From NCBI GenBank assembly GCA_041583775.1, contig JBFHFF010000001.1, positions 27,528 to 91,527 of the forward strand: a DNA stretch of 64,000 nt. Direction: 5' to 3'. Source of the stretch: Candidatus Moraniibacteriota bacterium (GTDB taxonomy: Bacteria; Patescibacteriota; Minisyncoccia; Moranbacterales; DUUL01). The notes beneath the pieces are model-generated. The model did no database searches. It was not told the origin of the DNA and saw only the letters and a program-made list of their open reading frames with translations. Below are positions 61,234 through 64,000 of the stretch, one piece after another. Made by a program: the position numbers and the translations under genes. Numbering within the stretch: the first letter of the stretch is position 1; the number at the start of each line of letters is the position of its first letter.

Positions 61234-61430
61234 TATAAATCAACAAGGAAACAAGCGACTAACAACTAACTAGCTTTATTTTTTCAGATTATTTATTAGT
61301 GACACAAAATACCAAGTTACTAGACAATTAGATTAAACTTGCACAAAGACCATTCGTGATTTATACTTATTTTAGTACATGGTGTAAAAGCGTGAAAAAC
61401 AAAAATAAATAATCGAAAAAACAAAATAAA

Positions 61431-62225
61431 ATGTCAAAAGAGAATTCTTCCAACCGAAGAGACGATCAATCTACTGATGAAAAAATTCAGTCACTTTATG
61501 CAATGATTGCAACAGCAGAACAAACAATTCTTTCTGCAAAGCAAATGCTTTCAACTATGGATGCACCAATGCCTAACAATCCTTCTTCTCGAATGGATGT
61601 TACCGGTGGACAAGTTATCCATGGCGCATTTGATGGTCAAATAATGGTAGGTGAAGACGGGAAACAATACCCAGTTCCAGCAAACTATGCCTCAAAATCA
61701 AAACTCGTTGAGGGGGATGTCTTAAAACTAACCATATCACCTCAAGGAACTTTTATGTACAAGCAAATTGGACCAATTGAAAGAAAATTTCTCATTGGAA
61801 CAGTGAAGCAAGATGAAAGAGGAAATTTCATCATAAACACAGAAGAAAAGGACTATAAAGTTTTACTTGCGGCTGCAACATATTTCAAAATTGAACTTGA
61901 TGATGAAGTGACTATTGTCATTCCAAGAGACAAAGAAGCTGTTTGGAGTGCAATTGAAAATGTTGTAAGAAAAGCTTCTGACCCCATCACCTCTCGCATT
62001 GTCTACAAAAAACCAGAAAAAGATTTTTTTGATGAGGATGCTTTTGAAAATGAGATTGAAGAAGATAAACCAAAAAGACTCTCTGCTGTTGAAAAATTAC
62101 AACAAGAAATTGATGAGGAAAGAAAAAGACATACAACAAAAGAGGAACTTCTAAATGAATGGTCTCCTGAAGCAAGTGAAATAGAAAAAGAGGCAAAGCA
62201 AGAAGTTGAGTTAGAAGAAAAATAG
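61431..62225 (+). CDS. Hypothetical protein with acidic C-terminal tail
   Basis: 264 aa ORF, no recognised motif. Confidence 0.5.
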   Translation: MSKENSSNRRDDQSTDEKIQSLYAMIATAEQTILSAKQMLSTMDAPMPNNPSSRMDVTGGQVIHGAFDGQIMVGEDGKQYPVPANYASKSKLVEGDVLKLTISPQGTFMYKQIGPIERKFLIGTVKQDERGNFIINTEEKDYKVLLAAATYFKIELDDEVTIVIPRDKEAVWSAIENVVRKASDPITSRIVYKKPEKDFFDEDAFENEIEEDKPKRLSAVEKLQQEIDEERKRHTTKEELLNEWSPEASEIEKEAKQEVELEEK

Positions 62226-62269
62226 TGTTAGACTGAAATTCACAAACTTATTTAAACAAACTAGAATAG

Positions 62270-62734
62270 ATGTTGAGAAATATATTAAATAAATATCCAG
62301 CGATTGGACAATTTGTTCGTTTTGGATTGATTGGAGGACTAAATACTGGGGTTGATCTTATAATTTTAAATATTCTGATGTTTTCCACTGGACTTTTTGT
62401 TGGTACTCCCTATACTTTTTTCAAGTCGATATCCTTCATTTTTGCAGCTACATTTAGTTATTTTATGAACAAACAGTGGGCGTTTAAAGATAGCTCCAAG
62501 GAAAAAGCTGTTCAAAAATTTTCTCAATTTTTTGCCGTCTCTTTAATTGGAATGATTGTAAATGTTTCAGTTGCATCTCTTGTCGTTACTTATTTACAAC
62601 CATTCATCGCTACACAAATTACATTCCTTACTATTGATCAAAAAATTTGGGGTTCAATAGGTGCTTTATTTGGAACAGCGATTGGTCTAATTTGGAACTT
62701 TATTGGATACAAGTTTTTCGTTTTCAAAAAATAA
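62270..62734 (+). CDS. GtrA family membrane protein (polyprenyl-linked sugar translocase-like)
   Basis: 4 TM and GtrA-like N-terminus FVRFGLIGGLNTGVDL. Confidence 0.7.
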   Translation: MLRNILNKYPAIGQFVRFGLIGGLNTGVDLIILNILMFSTGLFVGTPYTFFKSISFIFAATFSYFMNKQWAFKDSSKEKAVQKFSQFFAVSLIGMIVNVSVASLVVTYLQPFIATQITFLTIDQKIWGSIGALFGTAIGLIWNFIGYKFFVFKK

Positions 62735-62765
62735 ATCCCTCTCTTTTTAGTTGGGGATTTTTTTA
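62733..62765 (+). terminator. Intrinsic terminator after the gtrA-like gene
   Basis: aaatccc ... gggattt stem followed by tttt. Confidence 0.6.
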
Positions 62766-63077
62766 ATCCCAATTTATCAAAAAAAGCAAACTAACAACTT
62801 TCCAGAAATTGACCTCTCCTTAAACATTTTAAAGATTATTTGGTATATAAATCAAATAATGTTATACTTTACTTTGTTATTTTAGTTAAAAACAAAAATC
62901 ATTCTAAATCGATATAATCTCGGTGTTTTTTTGTTTTCCACAAGTTATCAACACTCAAAAGAAAATAATAAATCAAAATCCTTTGATAAAAAAGATTCTC
63001 TTTGACTTTTATTCCTCACTTACTATACTTAAAAATATCTAAAGATTTCTAAAACTATAATATCGGCAAATTAAAAG

Positions 63078-64000
63078 ATGTTAGCATTATATCAAAAATA
63101 CAGACCAAAAAAATTCTCTGAGGTAGCAGGTCAAGAACATGTAATCAAGACATTAACAAACGCAATTTCCAACAATCGCATTGGTCATGCATATCTGCTT
63201 ACTGGTCCTCGCGGAACCGGAAAAACAACCCTTGCTAGAATATTTGCCAAAACTATAAACTGTCTAAATCCGGTCACTCCAAAAAAATCATCAGTTGCAA
63301 AAATCGAACCTTGTGACAAATGTGATAATTGCAAACTAATTTTAGAAAACAGAGCTCTTGACTTCATTGAGATTGATGCAGCTTCTCATACGGGAGTTGA
63401 TAATATTCGCCAATTAAGAGAAACTGTCCCCCTACCACCATCAGCTTTAAAATATAAAGTATATTTAATTGACGAAGTTCATATGCTCTCAATAGGAGCT
63501 TTTAATGCACTTTTAAAAACCTTAGAAGAACCACCTGCGCATGCAATTTTTATTCTTGCAACAACAGAACTTCACAAGGTACCAGAAACTATCATTTCTC
63601 GTTGTCAGCGTTTTGATATTTCGCTACTAACTCAACCCCAAATTGTTGATTACTTGTCTTATATTTCCAAAAAGGAAAAGGTTCAAATCGAAACAGAAGC
63701 TCTTGAAACAATCGCACTCGAAGCTGAAGGTGGGATGCGGGATGCACAATCAATTCTGGGACAAATTCTTTCATTGGAAGACGAGAAAATAACAGCAAAA
63801 GAAGTAAATGACATTCTTGGAACATCTTCTAAAAAAGCAGTAATTGATTTTGTAGAATTTCTTTCCAATAGAAACTTGCGGGATTCTTTAGATAGAATCG
63901 AAAAATTACAACAAGAAGGAATCAATTTAAGAAATTTCAATAAAAATATTTTATCATTCTTGCGAACAATTTTATTATTAAAAACTAGCAACGAAGCTGG
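63078..64000 (+). CDS. dnaX: DNA polymerase III subunit gamma/tau, N-terminal part (continues beyond window end)
   Basis: YRPKKFSEVAGQEHV, GPRGTGKTT Walker A, Zn module C..C..C..C, DEVHMLS Walker B, SRCQRF sensor 2. Confidence 0.85.
   Translation, partial: MLALYQKYRPKKFSEVAGQEHVIKTLTNAISNNRIGHAYLLTGPRGTGKTTLARIFAKTINCLNPVTPKKSSVAKIEPCDKCDNCKLILENRALDFIEIDAASHTGVDNIRQLRETVPLPPSALKYKVYLIDEVHMLSIGAFNALLKTLEEPPAHAIFILATTELHKVPETIISRCQRFDISLLTQPQIVDYLSYISKKEKVQIETEALETIALEAEGGMRDAQSILGQILSLEDEKITAKEVNDILGTSSKKAVIDFVEFLSNRNLRDSLDRIEKLQQEGINLRNFNKNILSFLRTILLLKTSNEA

Overview
Low-GC (about 30 percent), compact, gene-dense window with almost every gene on the minus strand. I call about 74 protein-coding genes, one tRNA-Pro(GGG), no rRNA, no CRISPR array and no integrase or transposase. 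Recognisable housekeeping genes are parAB, rplJ-rplL, rpmB, nth, truB, tsaC, gdh, miaA, gatCA, ligA, mnmA, hup, rny, fba, tpiA, galT, ruvX, map, rpsF-ssb-rpsR, efp, ndk, a split ComEC, ftsK, a P-type ATPase and a 5-prime partial dnaX. There is also a trimeric [FeFe]-hydrogenase operon (NuoE-like, NuoF-like, HydA) with a divergent small ACT-like protein. Many starts lack a Shine-Dalgarno, a few have strong ones, and intrinsic terminators are frequent and often bidirectional. The content (fermentative hydrogenase, TrmB regulator, split ComEC, many small hypotheticals, cell-envelope glycosyltransferases) suggests a small-genome, possibly Candidate Phyla Radiation/Patescibacteria-type bacterium; this is inference only. 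Most interesting: (1) a 5.6 kb minus-strand operon (32.1-37.7 kb) with its own consensus sigma70 promoter, encoding a sigma70-region-4 protein, a 466 aa membrane protein, a TM-less VirD4/TraG-like coupling ATPase with a C-terminal zinc ribbon, a TrmB regulator and a tiny SD-led ORF, which may be a DNA-translocation-like system; (2) tandem paralogous Cys-rich proteins with an unrecognised 4-Cys signature (10.5-11.7 kb); (3) a consensus-promoter/terminator-bracketed ~125 nt candidate sRNA or riboswitch upstream of an HI0933-family flavoprotein; (4) a DUF4258/DUF2283-like toxin-antitoxin pair; (5) a 1 kb non-coding island containing an SD-led 59 aa basic ORF; (6) a highly expressed secreted protein with elevated GC.
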